In this document: in pieces, positions 28,540 to 39,037 of the stretch
Position numbering within the stretch: position 1 is the first letter of the stretch
Layout of the letters: each line of letters opens with the position of its first letter
Assembly: GCA_013359225.1 (NCBI GenBank)
Contig: JABWCG010000001.1
Coordinates: 70,410-134,409 of the forward strand
DNA length: 64,000 nt
DNA from: Candidatus Buchananbacteria bacterium
Lineage (GTDB): Bacteria > Patescibacteriota > Patescibacteriia > Buchananbacterales > UBA6539
Direction: 5' to 3'
Made by a program: the position numbers and the translations under genes
Notes under the pieces: generated by a model
What the model was told of the DNA's origin: nothing
Databases searched by the model: none
The model's input: the letters and a program-made list of their open reading frames with translations, nothing else

Positions 28540-29672
28540 TTTTCGTAGACCGCTTTTGTTTTAGCGGTCATTTCTGATAAACTGAATTTCTCTGACATGT
28601 CGGCTTTTGCTTGGGCCGATATTTTTTTTGACAAATTTTCATCTTCTAAGATATTGTCAATTGCTTTTGCCAGTGCGTCGGGGTCTCCAGACTTAACCAC
28701 TAACGCATTTTTTTCATCAGTTAGTAATTCGGGAATACCTCCGACATTGGTGCTGGCAATAGGCAACCCGGCTTTCATGGCTTCAATAATTGAGTAGGGC
28801 AGACCCTCTTTGACAGACGAGCAGACATAAACATCAAACGCTGCTAGATATTGGGAAGCCTGTTCTTTTTCTCCGGCCAGCAAAAAGACGTCTTCTAGCT
28901 TCAGGTTTTTAATTTCGGTTGTTAATTGATTTCTTTGTTGGCCGTCGCCAATGACTACAAAAATGGTTTCTGGATGAAGTTTTGTTACAATATTAGCGGC
29001 TTGAATGAGCGTTTTTAGATCTTTGGTTAAATAAAAATTAGCGATTGTCCCGACAACTTTTTTATTGTCCGGCAAGTGTAGTTGTCGGCGCGCTTCTAGA
29101 CGCGGCAATAATTCAATGGTGTCCAAGCCGTTATGAACAGTGACAAGTTTATTAAGCGGGGCAATTTGGTTTTTGATAGCGCTTTTGCGATCGTAATCGG
29201 ATACGCAAATCAGAGTGTCTTTAAATCGAGCAGAAAATTTTTCGGCCACAAGATAAACAAATTTTTTCCACATCGGCATTGGCTCATTAAAGACAAAACC
29301 ATGGACTGTATATACTACTTTTTTAATTTTTGCACGTTTGGCAGCTAAGGCGCCAATAACTCCGGCCTTGCTACTGTTAAGATGAACGATGTCTGGACGT
29401 ATGGTCTTGATGAGTTTCTTAATTTCAAAATATGCGCGAACATCTTGCCAGGGGTTAATTTCTCGCACCAGATTTTTTAGGGTGTAACTTTTTATCTTTT
29501 TTTCGTCTAATTTAGTGAATAGATTTTTTCCGCGTCCGTCGAATTTTCCGGCGGCCACGGTGATTTCGTAGTTTTCCGGCATCAGCTGGCTGGCTAAATC
29601 AAAAATGTAGCGCTGTGCGCCGCCCCATTCCGCTTGTGTTACGATAAATAGAATTCTGTTTTTTTTAGCCAT
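28536..29672 (-). CDS. GT4 glycosyltransferase
   Basis: GGAQRY, HLNSSKAG, EGLPYSIIEAM. Confidence 0.92.
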   Translation of the reverse strand: MAKKNRILFIVTQAEWGGAQRYIFDLASQLMPENYEITVAAGKFDGRGKNLFTKLDEKKIKSYTLKNLVREINPWQDVRAYFEIKKLIKTIRPDIVHLNSSKAGVIGALAAKRAKIKKVVYTVHGFVFNEPMPMWKKFVYLVAEKFSARFKDTLICVSDYDRKSAIKNQIAPLNKLVTVHNGLDTIELLPRLEARRQLHLPDNKKVVGTIANFYLTKDLKTLIQAANIVTKLHPETIFVVIGDGQQRNQLTTEIKNLKLEDVFLLAGEKEQASQYLAAFDVYVCSSVKEGLPYSIIEAMKAGLPIASTNVGGIPELLTDEKNALVVKSGDPDALAKAIDNILEDENLSKKISAQAKADMSEKFSLSEMTAKTKAVYEN

Positions 29673-29693
29673 AAATTACTTATATTGAGCTTG

Positions 29694-29719
29694 ACCCCGT
29701 CACTCGCGAGTGACGGGGT
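29694..29719. repeat. Perfect 26-bp GC-rich palindrome in a divergent intergenic region
   Basis: ACCCCGTCACTCGCGAGTGACGGGGT equals its own reverse complement. Confidence 0.8.
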
Positions 29720-29792
29720 TGACCAAAAGATGATTTTATATAATAATATTAAGGTAATTTTCCCTATTAATCAAGTCTTATTTTGCTAAATT

Positions 29793-30749
29793 ATGGTAAT
29801 TCTAGTGACCGGTGGAGCCGGTTTTATTGGCTCTCAAGTGACCAAGTCATTGCTGGAGCGAGGGGATCAGGTAATCATTGTAGACAATTTCAATAATTAT
29901 TACGAGCCCTTATTGAAGGAAGATCGTCTTAATCAGCTACTGGCCGGTTTTAAGCCAGTAGTTTACCGTTTAGATATTGCTGATCAGGTAAAATTGTCGG
30001 AAGTTTTTAAAAATCATAAGATTGATAAAATTTGTCACTTGGCGGCTCAGGCAGGTGTCCGTTATTCCCTGGAAAATCCTGGAGTGTATATTAAGAGCAA
30101 TATTATTGGCACCCATAACCTTTTGGAATTAGCGCGTGAATACAAGATTAAAGATTTTGTGTTTGCTTCTTCGTCTTCGGTGTATGGTGATAATGAAAAA
30201 ATACCTTTCGCCGAAACTGATGTTGTTGACCGGCCAATTTCATTATACGCTGCAACCAAAAAAGCCAATGAGCTTGAAGCATACACTTATCATAAATTAT
30301 TTGGGCTTAATGTTTTTGGTTTGCGGTTTTTTACTGTTTACGGGCCGTGGGGCCGACCGGACATGGCCTATTTTTTATTTACTAAGTCGATTTTGAGCAG
30401 CGAAGAGATAAAAGTTTTTAATCAAGGCAAGATGAAGCGTGATTTCACTTATATTGATGATATTGTCGCCGGTGTTGTTAAGGCGTTAGACCGAGTCGCT
30501 GGATATGAAATAATTAATTTAGGCAACAATCAACCGATTACGCTTGAGGAGTTTATTGGCGTGATTGAAAACGAACTTGGTAAGACCGCTAAGAAAAAAT
30601 ATGATGACCGCCAACCAGGTGACGTGATTGAAACGTACGCTGACATTACTAAAGCTAAAAGAGTTTTAGATTGGCAGCCATCAACTAGTATTAAAGCTGG
30701 ATTAAAAAAATTTATTGGGTGGTATAAGTCTTATTATCAAGTAGATTAA
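29793..30749 (+). CDS. NAD-dependent nucleotide-sugar epimerase (UDP-uronate 4-epimerase type)
   Basis: GGAGFIG, HLAAQAGVRYSLENP, YAATK, LRFFTVYGPWGRPDMA. Confidence 0.92.
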   Translation: MVILVTGGAGFIGSQVTKSLLERGDQVIIVDNFNNYYEPLLKEDRLNQLLAGFKPVVYRLDIADQVKLSEVFKNHKIDKICHLAAQAGVRYSLENPGVYIKSNIIGTHNLLELAREYKIKDFVFASSSSVYGDNEKIPFAETDVVDRPISLYAATKKANELEAYTYHKLFGLNVFGLRFFTVYGPWGRPDMAYFLFTKSILSSEEIKVFNQGKMKRDFTYIDDIVAGVVKALDRVAGYEIINLGNNQPITLEEFIGVIENELGKTAKKKYDDRQPGDVIETYADITKAKRVLDWQPSTSIKAGLKKFIGWYKSYYQVD

Positions 30750-30752
30750 TCT

Positions 30753-32009
30753 ATGATAAAAGAAAAAATTTGCGTTGTTGGTTTGGGCTATGTCGGCTTG
30801 CCGTTGGCCTGTTTATTGTCGAAACATTTTGAGGTAAGCGGTTTTGATATCAATGAGAAAAAAATTAAAGATTTAGAAAACGGGTTTGACGAAACCGGCG
30901 AAGTTGATGATTTAAAAAAGTATCAGATTAATTATTCTTCAGATCCGGCCGTCATCGGCGAAGCCACATTTATTATTGTTGCCGTTCCAACGCCAATCAC
31001 TGAAACTAATGAACCGGATTTGTCACCCGTTGAAAGTGCGTCAAAAATTGTTGGCCAACATCTCAAACCTGGTGCGGTGGTGGTGTATGAAAGCACGGTG
31101 TACCCCGGCTGTACGGAAGAAATTTGCCTTCCAATTTTGGAACAGGAGTCTGGCTTGAAGCTTGGACGTGATTTCGAAATCGGTTATTCGCCTGAACGGA
31201 TTAATCCAGGAGATAAAGTACACACGGTCGACAAGATTGAAAAAATAATTTCTGCGAGCACACCCGAAGCGCTGGAGCGCTTGAAAAAAGTGTACGGCTT
31301 GATTACTAAAGTTTTTGAAGCCTCGTCAATTAAAGTGGCTGAGGCGGCCAAAGTGATTGAGAACGTTCAGCGCAGCCTTAATATTGCTTTAATGAATGAG
31401 CTGGCATTAATTTTTGACAAACTGGGTATTAGCACCAAAGATGTTTTAGCCGCCGCCGGCACCAAGTGGAATTTTCATAAATACCAACCCGGCTTGGTTG
31501 GCGGCCACTGTATTGGCGTAGATCCCTATTATTTAACACATAAAGCCCAGCAGGTCGGGTATGATCCAAAAATTATTTTGTCGGGGCAAGAAGTTAATGA
31601 ATCGATGGCCGGACTGGTAGCAGATAAATTTGCTGGTAAGAAAAATGTTTTGATTATGGGCATCACTTTTAAGGAAAACGTCCCTGATTCCCGTAATACT
31701 AAAGCCTTAAATGTTATCAAGCGATTAACCGCCCAGGGCATTAAAGTTTTCTGGCATGACCCGGTTTTTACCGCCAAACATAAACCGGAAGTTTTTTCGA
31801 CGTTGCCATATTTGAAGTCGTTTGATGAAATAACTGAAAAGTTTGATGGAATTTTAATTTTCAGTCCCCACGCTGTTTTTGCCGAACCTAAGTATGCACT
31901 GACAAATCTAAGAAATATTTGCAAAGATAACTCGGTCATTTTTGATGTCAAAGGTTTTTACGATAAGACCTCGGCACAAAATTTAGGTTTTACTTATTTA
32001 ACGTTATAA
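30753..32009 (+). CDS. UDP-HexNAc 6-dehydrogenase (TviB/WbpO-like)
   Basis: GLGYVG, ESTVYPG, YSPERINPGD, GGHCIGVDPYYL, FKENVPDSRN. Confidence 0.92.
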   Translation: MIKEKICVVGLGYVGLPLACLLSKHFEVSGFDINEKKIKDLENGFDETGEVDDLKKYQINYSSDPAVIGEATFIIVAVPTPITETNEPDLSPVESASKIVGQHLKPGAVVVYESTVYPGCTEEICLPILEQESGLKLGRDFEIGYSPERINPGDKVHTVDKIEKIISASTPEALERLKKVYGLITKVFEASSIKVAEAAKVIENVQRSLNIALMNELALIFDKLGISTKDVLAAAGTKWNFHKYQPGLVGGHCIGVDPYYLTHKAQQVGYDPKIILSGQEVNESMAGLVADKFAGKKNVLIMGITFKENVPDSRNTKALNVIKRLTAQGIKVFWHDPVFTAKHKPEVFSTLPYLKSFDEITEKFDGILIFSPHAVFAEPKYALTNLRNICKDNSVIFDVKGFYDKTSAQNLGFTYLTL

Positions 32010-32010
32010 C

Positions 32011-33129
32011 ATGAGAGTTTTGATTTTTTCTTTAGCTTACTTGCCGTTTGTCGGCGGTGCGGAGCTGGCGGTAAAAGAAATAACCGATCGACTGCGCGAT
32101 ATTGAATTTGATATGTTGACGGTTGATTTGGACGGTAAACAACAACCAATTCAACAGATCGGCAATGTTAAAGTTCACCGCGTCGGGAAAGGCAAGCTGG
32201 CCAAGTATTTGTTTCCGTTTGCCGGCTTTACCCAAGCGGTGAAAATGCATCAAATCCAGCCGTATGATGCCGTATGGGCGATTATGGCTAACCAATCTGG
32301 TTTGATTGCTTTAAGATTTAAGAAAAAATTTCCGAGCGTCAAGTATCTGCTGACTTTGCAGGAAGGGGATTCGCTTAAACGAATCTGGAGCCGGACTTTT
32401 TTTATGCGACCCTTTTATAAAAAAATTTATCGGACCGCTGATCATATTCAATCAATTAGTACTTTTTTGGAAGAGCGCGCCTTAAAGTATGGATATGCCG
32501 GCGCTAAAAGTGTTGTCCCAAATGGTGTTGATCTGGAGAAGTTTAAGAAAGAATTTTCGGCTGAAGAGCTCGCAGCACTGCGCCAGCAACTTAATTTGTC
32601 TAAAGATGACAAGGTGATTATTACTACCTCTCGATTGGTCCACAAAAATGGCGTTGATACGTTGATTCAAGCGGTTAAAGATCTGCCGGTGAAATTGTTG
32701 ATTCTAGGTAGTGGTGAATTAGAAATTCAGTTAAAAAGTTTGGCGCAAGAAATCGGCGTGCGAGATAAAATTTTATTTTTAGGCCATATTGATCAGCAGG
32801 ATTTACCAAAGTATTTAAAGCTTTCCAATGTATATGTTCGCGCTTCCAGGTCTGAAGGCCTGGGCTCGGCGTTTTTGGAAGCGATGGCGGCGGGATTGCC
32901 GGTGATTGGTACGAATGTCGGCGGGATACCGGATTTTTTGAAAGACGGTGAAAACGGATTTTTTTGCGAAGTGAACAATCCGCGCGATCTGGCAAACAAG
33001 ATTCAGCTATTGTTGGGCGATGAGAATTTGAGTAGTTATGTGGCCGAGAATGGTCGGGCGATGGTATTTGAGAAGTACGACTGGCGGCAAATTGCGGATG
33101 AGATGAAAAACATTTTTAACCACTTATGA
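32011..33129 (+). CDS. GT4 glycosyltransferase
   Basis: VGGAE, SRLVHKNG, EGLGSAFLEAMA. Confidence 0.92.
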   Translation: MRVLIFSLAYLPFVGGAELAVKEITDRLRDIEFDMLTVDLDGKQQPIQQIGNVKVHRVGKGKLAKYLFPFAGFTQAVKMHQIQPYDAVWAIMANQSGLIALRFKKKFPSVKYLLTLQEGDSLKRIWSRTFFMRPFYKKIYRTADHIQSISTFLEERALKYGYAGAKSVVPNGVDLEKFKKEFSAEELAALRQQLNLSKDDKVIITTSRLVHKNGVDTLIQAVKDLPVKLLILGSGELEIQLKSLAQEIGVRDKILFLGHIDQQDLPKYLKLSNVYVRASRSEGLGSAFLEAMAAGLPVIGTNVGGIPDFLKDGENGFFCEVNNPRDLANKIQLLLGDENLSSYVAENGRAMVFEKYDWRQIADEMKNIFNHL

Positions 33130-34244
33130 AACATATTTTAATCGCCGCTGAAATTTTTCCGCCGGATATCGGCGGTCCGGCGACATATACTGTCAAAATC
33201 GCTGAAGCTTTGCAGCAAAAAGGTTTTGACGTGGATGTTGTTTGCTATAGTGATAATTCGCAAACAGACGATTTTTCTTTTGCCGTTCACCGTATTTTAC
33301 GAAGCCGGTTTAAGCTGCTTCATTATTTTAATTATTATCGAGCATTGAAAAAATTGGCAAAAAATACAGATGTGATTTATGCCATGGGTCCGGTTAGTTC
33401 CGGCCGGCCGGCGTTGAAAGTTGCCAAAGAACTCAAGAAAAAGTTAGTGGTTAAGGTGGTGGGCGATTACGCCTGGGAGCGGGCCCGTAATTTGAATGAA
33501 ACGCAGCTGTCTATTGATGAATTCCAAACTAAATTTTTTAATGGGAAGATCGGGATGTTGCAAAAGACCGAAAGACAGGTTTGCCGGCAAGCTGATGCCG
33601 TTATTACGCCGAGTGAGTATCTTAAAAAGATTGTAGAGGGTTGGGGGGTGGAAGGATCAAAGATTAAGGTGGTTTATAATTCTTTTGATGCTACTATTTT
33701 AAACCAGACAAAAAAGATAGATGGCAAGAAAATAGTTTCCGCTGCGCGATTGGTTCCTTGGAAAGGCTTTGAAGCCTTGATTGATTTAATGGGAGAATTA
33801 CCGAAAGATTTTAAACTAGAAATTTTTGGCGATGGGCCAGATCAAAAAAAATTAAAGCAAAAAATTATAAATTCTAAGTTAGAAGATAGGGTTTTGTTGG
33901 CGGGACAAGTTTCGCGCGACCAATTGTTTCAAGCGCTGGCTGGAAAAATTTTTGTGTTAAACACTGGTTACGAAGGTTTGTCGCATACTATTTTAGAAGC
34001 ATTTGCTGTTGGTATCCCAGTTATTGCAACGGCTGTCGGTGGAAATCCGGAGTTGATCTCGGATAATGTGAATGGCTTATTGGTTGAATATAACAATAAA
34101 GATCAGATTAAAGAAGCGATTTTAAAATTGAGCGGAGATGAAATTTTGCAAAATAAATTTGTTGAAAATGCTAAAAAGGTTTTAGAAAAATTTTCGGCGC
34201 AAAAAATGATTAATGATACTGTCACGGTCTTAAATTCACTATGA
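33126..34244 (+). CDS. GT4 glycosyltransferase
   Basis: PPDIGGPATY, RLVPWKG, EGLSHTILEA. Confidence 0.92.
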   Translation: MKHILIAAEIFPPDIGGPATYTVKIAEALQQKGFDVDVVCYSDNSQTDDFSFAVHRILRSRFKLLHYFNYYRALKKLAKNTDVIYAMGPVSSGRPALKVAKELKKKLVVKVVGDYAWERARNLNETQLSIDEFQTKFFNGKIGMLQKTERQVCRQADAVITPSEYLKKIVEGWGVEGSKIKVVYNSFDATILNQTKKIDGKKIVSAARLVPWKGFEALIDLMGELPKDFKLEIFGDGPDQKKLKQKIINSKLEDRVLLAGQVSRDQLFQALAGKIFVLNTGYEGLSHTILEAFAVGIPVIATAVGGNPELISDNVNGLLVEYNNKDQIKEAILKLSGDEILQNKFVENAKKVLEKFSAQKMINDTVTVLNSL

Positions 34245-35329
34245 AAGTTTTAATGATTTCCATTGATCGCGGACTGCTTGGCACCAATCAGCTTGGTGAT
34301 GTGATTGAACGTCATGCCAAGTATGGCCATAGTGTTGAGAAATTAGATATTTTGATTTTTACCCTGAAAGGTAATAAGCCATACCAAATTTCTAAAAATG
34401 TCACAGCCTACCCAACCAATTCAAATGCTAAATTGCTGTATGGGCTTGATGCCAAGAAAGTAGCCCAAAGTCTGTTTGAAAAAAATCACTATGACTTAAT
34501 AGTAACTCAAGATCCGTTTATCACCGGCCTGGTTGGCGTTTTGCTTAAAACAAAATATAAATCTAAATTGCTGGTTCATTTTCATGGTGATTTTTGGGAA
34601 AACCGTCATTGGCTGAAAGAGAGCAAATTAAATCCGTTATTTTTAATGATTTCTAAGTTCGTCGTCAGCCGCGCGGATGGTGTTCGGGTGATGAGCGAGG
34701 GTCAAAAAGAAAAGTTGTTGAAAGCCGGGGTGGATGAGAAAAAAATTAGGGTAATTTCAACACCAGTTGATTTGGCAAAATATCAGACTAATTCTCAAAA
34801 ACAACACGATCATCCAACGGTGCTGCATGTTAGCCGTTATGACGAAGTCAAAGATTTCAAAACTTTGGCCAGCGCTTGGGAGTTGGTCGCAACTCATTTG
34901 CCCGATGTTAGTTTTATTCAGGTGGGTGCTGGAGGTAGGTTGCGAGAAATTTTTACTGATGTTTTGGTGAAATTAATCCCGAGGACCAATCATCATGAAT
35001 TAGTTAATTTTTATTATCGTTCAGACGTTGTAGTGTTATCTTCAACTTCCGAAAGTTTTGGCAAAGTGTTAGTTGAAGCAAATGCGTGTGGCAAGCCGGT
35101 TGTGTCAACTGCCACTACTGGTGCTAAAGAAATCATTCAGGATGGCTACAATGGATTTTTAGTGCCAATCGGCAACGCTAAGGCCTTGGCCGAAAAAATT
35201 GTTGAACTGTTAAAGAATCCCGAATTGGCAAAAACTATGGGTGAAAATGGTAAAAAATTAGTCACTGAAAAATTTGGCGATAACACGGATAAAATTATTA
35301 ATTTTTGGAAAGAGATTATTAGAGTATGA
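34241..35329 (+). CDS. GT4 glycosyltransferase
   Basis: ESFGKVLVEANACGKPVV. Confidence 0.9.
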   Translation: MKVLMISIDRGLLGTNQLGDVIERHAKYGHSVEKLDILIFTLKGNKPYQISKNVTAYPTNSNAKLLYGLDAKKVAQSLFEKNHYDLIVTQDPFITGLVGVLLKTKYKSKLLVHFHGDFWENRHWLKESKLNPLFLMISKFVVSRADGVRVMSEGQKEKLLKAGVDEKKIRVISTPVDLAKYQTNSQKQHDHPTVLHVSRYDEVKDFKTLASAWELVATHLPDVSFIQVGAGGRLREIFTDVLVKLIPRTNHHELVNFYYRSDVVVLSSTSESFGKVLVEANACGKPVVSTATTGAKEIIQDGYNGFLVPIGNAKALAEKIVELLKNPELAKTMGENGKKLVTEKFGDNTDKIINFWKEIIRV

Positions 35330-36363
35330 AGCTACTAATGATTACTAGAAAGGTTGACCGGACTGAACATTTAGCGGGATTTATTTATAATTGGGTTAAA
35401 AAGCTTGGTAGTCAGCTTGAGGAATTGCGTGTGATTAGTTGGCAGGAAGGCGACAGTTCCGGCTTGCCTAATAATATTAGAGTCTTTCATTTACCGACTC
35501 GACAAAATAAAATTATTAAAATAATCCAGTTTAAAAAATTAGTATGGGAAAATTTAAAGGACGTTGACGGCGTCTTTTGCCACCAGATGCCGATTTATAC
35601 CATTATTGCCGGGCCATTGGCCAAGTTACGCGGTAAAAAAGTGGTGAGCTGGTATATGCATCGCCAAATTGACTGGCGGGTTTGGCTGATGGAAAAAATT
35701 AGTGATGTTATTTTGTCGGCTTCAAAACAGAGTTTTCGGCTAGCTTCAAGAAAATTAGTTACCACCGGCCATGGCATTGATGTTGAAATATTTAGTCCGG
35801 CTAAACATCGGCGCGGCAACTTTTTTAATATTATTAGCGTAGGCAGAATTTCACCGACGAAAGATTACGAATCAATGATCAAGGCAATTGACATTTTGGT
35901 TGACCAGGGGATTACGGATTTAAAACTGACTATTATCGGGGACGCCGGACTTGCGGCCCATCAAAGCTATTTTGAAGATTTGAAATTAATGGTTGAGCGG
36001 ATGAATCTCGGCGGCAAAGTGGAATTTTTGGGCCCCCGGCCGAATACCGAGGTGCCGAGATTTTTGCAACAGTCAGATTTGTTTATCAATATGAGTGGTA
36101 CCGGCAGCCTGGATAAGGCGGTGCTTGAAGCAATGGCCTGTGGTTGTTTGGTGTTGACGAGCAATGAAGCGTTTAAGGATATTCTGGACCCCCGGCTAAT
36201 TGCCAAACAAAACGACCCTAAAAATCTGGCAGAAAAAATTAAAACGCTAAAGATGTTGTCGGATTCAGAATTAATAGTTATTTCCAATGGTTTAATTGCG
36301 GAAGTTAGTACTAATCATAATCTAGATAATTTGGTAAAAAAAATTGTTGATCAATTTCGGTAA
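35326..36363 (+). CDS. GT4 glycosyltransferase
   Basis: GRISPTKD, GSLDKAVLEAMACG. Confidence 0.9.
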   Translation: MKLLMITRKVDRTEHLAGFIYNWVKKLGSQLEELRVISWQEGDSSGLPNNIRVFHLPTRQNKIIKIIQFKKLVWENLKDVDGVFCHQMPIYTIIAGPLAKLRGKKVVSWYMHRQIDWRVWLMEKISDVILSASKQSFRLASRKLVTTGHGIDVEIFSPAKHRRGNFFNIISVGRISPTKDYESMIKAIDILVDQGITDLKLTIIGDAGLAAHQSYFEDLKLMVERMNLGGKVEFLGPRPNTEVPRFLQQSDLFINMSGTGSLDKAVLEAMACGCLVLTSNEAFKDILDPRLIAKQNDPKNLAEKIKTLKMLSDSELIVISNGLIAEVSTNHNLDNLVKKIVDQFR

Positions 36364-36366
36364 TAT

Positions 36367-37269
36367 ATGAATTGGCAGGCGTTAAAACTTGAATTCTTCC
36401 ATATTCGTAAAGCTTTTTTTAGTTATCATCAGGGCTGGGACTATGTCCGGGCTAAGTGGTTTTTAGCGCCAAAAATTTTGGATCTGCCAAAGATTTTAGA
36501 ACGGCCGATTAACAGCAAGGATTTATCAGTTCATTTATTAACTTGCCATCGTGATTTATTGATGAGTATCTGGTCGCTCGCTAGCTGGTATCAATCAGCG
36601 ACAATTTTTGGTCAATTAATAATTCATAATGATGGCACGTTGACAAAAGACGATAAGCAGCTGCTGCTTAGTTTTTTCCCATCAGCTAAAATTGTTGAGA
36701 CGTCAAATTTTTTAAAAGAGCATGATGATATTGTTACTCGGTATCCGGCGCTTTATGAATTCCGTTCGCAATATAAAAATTTTTCTTTTAAAAAATTAGT
36801 TGATCCGTATTTTACCTCTTCAACACCGATGAACTTGATTATTGATTCGGATTTGTTCTGGTTTAAGGCTCCAAAGGAAATTGAAGATCAGATTCTTGCC
36901 GGCGGGGCTGTGTCGTTGATGCAGGCTAATAATTCACCGACTGATGTTACATTTAAAAATGATTTTGCCGTTGATAGGCGTTTAACGATGGCGAATGCCG
37001 GCATTATTTTTTACGCTAAGTCTAACTTTAACTTTGAAAAATTGAATATGTTTCTTGGTAGTCTGGACACGACTGATCCCAAAAGTCTTCACTTTGCTGA
37101 CCAGCTTGGATATGCCATTTGTCTGGACAATCTGGAATTGCTTTCGCCCGAGGTATATCCGATTAAGGGGAAGGTAACATCCCGGGTGTCAATCAAACAC
37201 TATACCGGTCCGCGCCGAGTGTTGTTTTATCTAGAAGCTATTACTACTATCGCTAAAAATATTTTATGA
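36367..37269 (+). CDS. Putative GT-A fold glycosyltransferase
   Basis: HNDG, KKLVD, IIDSD (DxD), NAG, DQ and HY motifs. Confidence 0.6.
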   Translation: MNWQALKLEFFHIRKAFFSYHQGWDYVRAKWFLAPKILDLPKILERPINSKDLSVHLLTCHRDLLMSIWSLASWYQSATIFGQLIIHNDGTLTKDDKQLLLSFFPSAKIVETSNFLKEHDDIVTRYPALYEFRSQYKNFSFKKLVDPYFTSSTPMNLIIDSDLFWFKAPKEIEDQILAGGAVSLMQANNSPTDVTFKNDFAVDRRLTMANAGIIFYAKSNFNFEKLNMFLGSLDTTDPKSLHFADQLGYAICLDNLELLSPEVYPIKGKVTSRVSIKHYTGPRRVLFYLEAITTIAKNIL

Positions 37270-37895
37270 TTGAAGACAAAAATAAAGATTTTTCTACTCA
37301 AGACTATTTCGCCAAGGTATATGTCAATAAAGACCGTTGGGTTAGTTACTATTGGCAGACTAAATTAGTGAGTGATTTGATTACCTCTGGCAGTGTTTTG
37401 GAAATCGGCGTTGGCAATGCATTGGTGGCTGATTATTTAAAACATCGGTATCAAGTTTCAACCTTAGACATTAATGATAAATTAAATCCGGATTATATTG
37501 GTTCGGTTGAAGACCTTTCTTTTTTAGCAGAAAAGAAATTTGATGTTGTTGTTTGTGCCGAAGTTTTGGAACATTTGCCGTTTGAAAAATTTAAGCAGAG
37601 CCTGCAGCAAATGCATTCAGTATCAAGACGCCATGTCGTTATTTCACTGCCGTACTGGGGGTACACATTCTATGTGAGAATAAAATTGCCAAAATTAGGA
37701 AAACACACGTTTCAATTTAAACTTAATGGTTTTAAACGTCATCGGTTTAATGGACAGCATTATTGGGAAATCGGTAAAAGGGGGTATTCAGTTAAAAAAA
37801 TTAAAGATGAAATAGTTAATTCCGGATTTAAAATTAAAACGTCATTTTGGGATGTTGATGACCCATACCATTATTATTTTGTCTTAGAAAAATGA
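37266..37895 (+). CDS. Class I SAM-dependent methyltransferase
   Basis: VLEIGVGN, FDVVVCAEVLEHLP. Confidence 0.88.
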   Translation: MIEDKNKDFSTQDYFAKVYVNKDRWVSYYWQTKLVSDLITSGSVLEIGVGNALVADYLKHRYQVSTLDINDKLNPDYIGSVEDLSFLAEKKFDVVVCAEVLEHLPFEKFKQSLQQMHSVSRRHVVISLPYWGYTFYVRIKLPKLGKHTFQFKLNGFKRHRFNGQHYWEIGKRGYSVKKIKDEIVNSGFKIKTSFWDVDDPYHYYFVLEK

Positions 37896-39037
37896 AAAAA
37901 ATAATCTATATTGCCAATGTTCGAATTCCGACCGAGAAAGCGCATGGTTTGCAGATTATGAAAATGTGCGAGGCGTTTGCGGCATCGGGTAGGGAAGTGG
38001 AGCTGATAACCCCGGCCAGGTTAAACGCCGGATTTAAAAACGTTGATCCGTTTTCATTTTTTAAGGTTCGTAACATTTTTCGCATTCATCGTATTATAAC
38101 AATTGATCCGCGATTTTTATTGAAATTCCCCGCTGGGTTTTATATTAAATTTCAATCGTTGTTTTTTATTTTTGGGTTAGTAGCTTATCTGTTAATGAAA
38201 TTAGACCGCCATAGTAGTATTATTTACACTCGCGATCATTATTTATTGCCGGTCTTGAAATATTTTTCTGATCAGTTAGTTTTTGAAATTCACGATATGC
38301 CAAGCAAGCCAAAAAAATATATTTCAGTTTTTGAACAATGTTTTAAAATAGTCGCCATTACTCAGGGATTAAAAGAGGAGTTGGTTAATCTTGGTATCTC
38401 GGAACAAAAAATAATTGTCGCGCCTGACGCTGTGGACCTTAAGGATTTTGAAATAGCTGACGATAAAAATGAGGTTCGTCAAAAATTAGGCTTGCCGCTG
38501 AATCAAAAGTTGGCTGTTTATACCGGTCATTTGTATGATTGGAAGGGCGCTGACACCTTGGCTCATGCGGTAAAATATTTTAATGAAGATGCGTCGGCAG
38601 TTTTTGTAGGAGGTACAGACAGTGATATTAAACATTTCAAGAATCAATTCAGCAACAATGATAAAATCATTATTGTTGGCAGAGTTGACCATAAATTAAT
38701 ACCGTCTTATTTAAAAGCGGCTGATGTTTTGGTGTTGCCGAATTCTGCCAAAAGTAAAATATCAAAGTTATATACATCGCCGATGAAACTTTTTGAATAT
38801 ATGGCTTCTGGCGCGCCGATCGTTGCTTCAAGCCTGCCTTCAATCAGGGAGGTGGTTGGTGAACAAGAAGTACAATTTTTTGAGCCAGATAGCGCTGTTA
38901 GTTTGGCTGAAGCGATAAAAAAGGTTTTGGCCGACATATCGCTGGGCGAACGACTGGCCCAACAAGCTCGGCGGGTTGTATCGCAGTTTACCTGGGATCA
39001 ACGAGCGAAAAAAATAATTTCTACTTTCAATGAATAA
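37892..39037 (+). CDS. GT4 glycosyltransferase
   Basis: YTGHLYDWKG, SPMKLFEYMASG. Confidence 0.92.
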   Translation: MKKIIYIANVRIPTEKAHGLQIMKMCEAFAASGREVELITPARLNAGFKNVDPFSFFKVRNIFRIHRIITIDPRFLLKFPAGFYIKFQSLFFIFGLVAYLLMKLDRHSSIIYTRDHYLLPVLKYFSDQLVFEIHDMPSKPKKYISVFEQCFKIVAITQGLKEELVNLGISEQKIIVAPDAVDLKDFEIADDKNEVRQKLGLPLNQKLAVYTGHLYDWKGADTLAHAVKYFNEDASAVFVGGTDSDIKHFKNQFSNNDKIIIVGRVDHKLIPSYLKAADVLVLPNSAKSKISKLYTSPMKLFEYMASGAPIVASSLPSIREVVGEQEVQFFEPDSAVSLAEAIKKVLADISLGERLAQQARRVVSQFTWDQRAKKIISTFNE

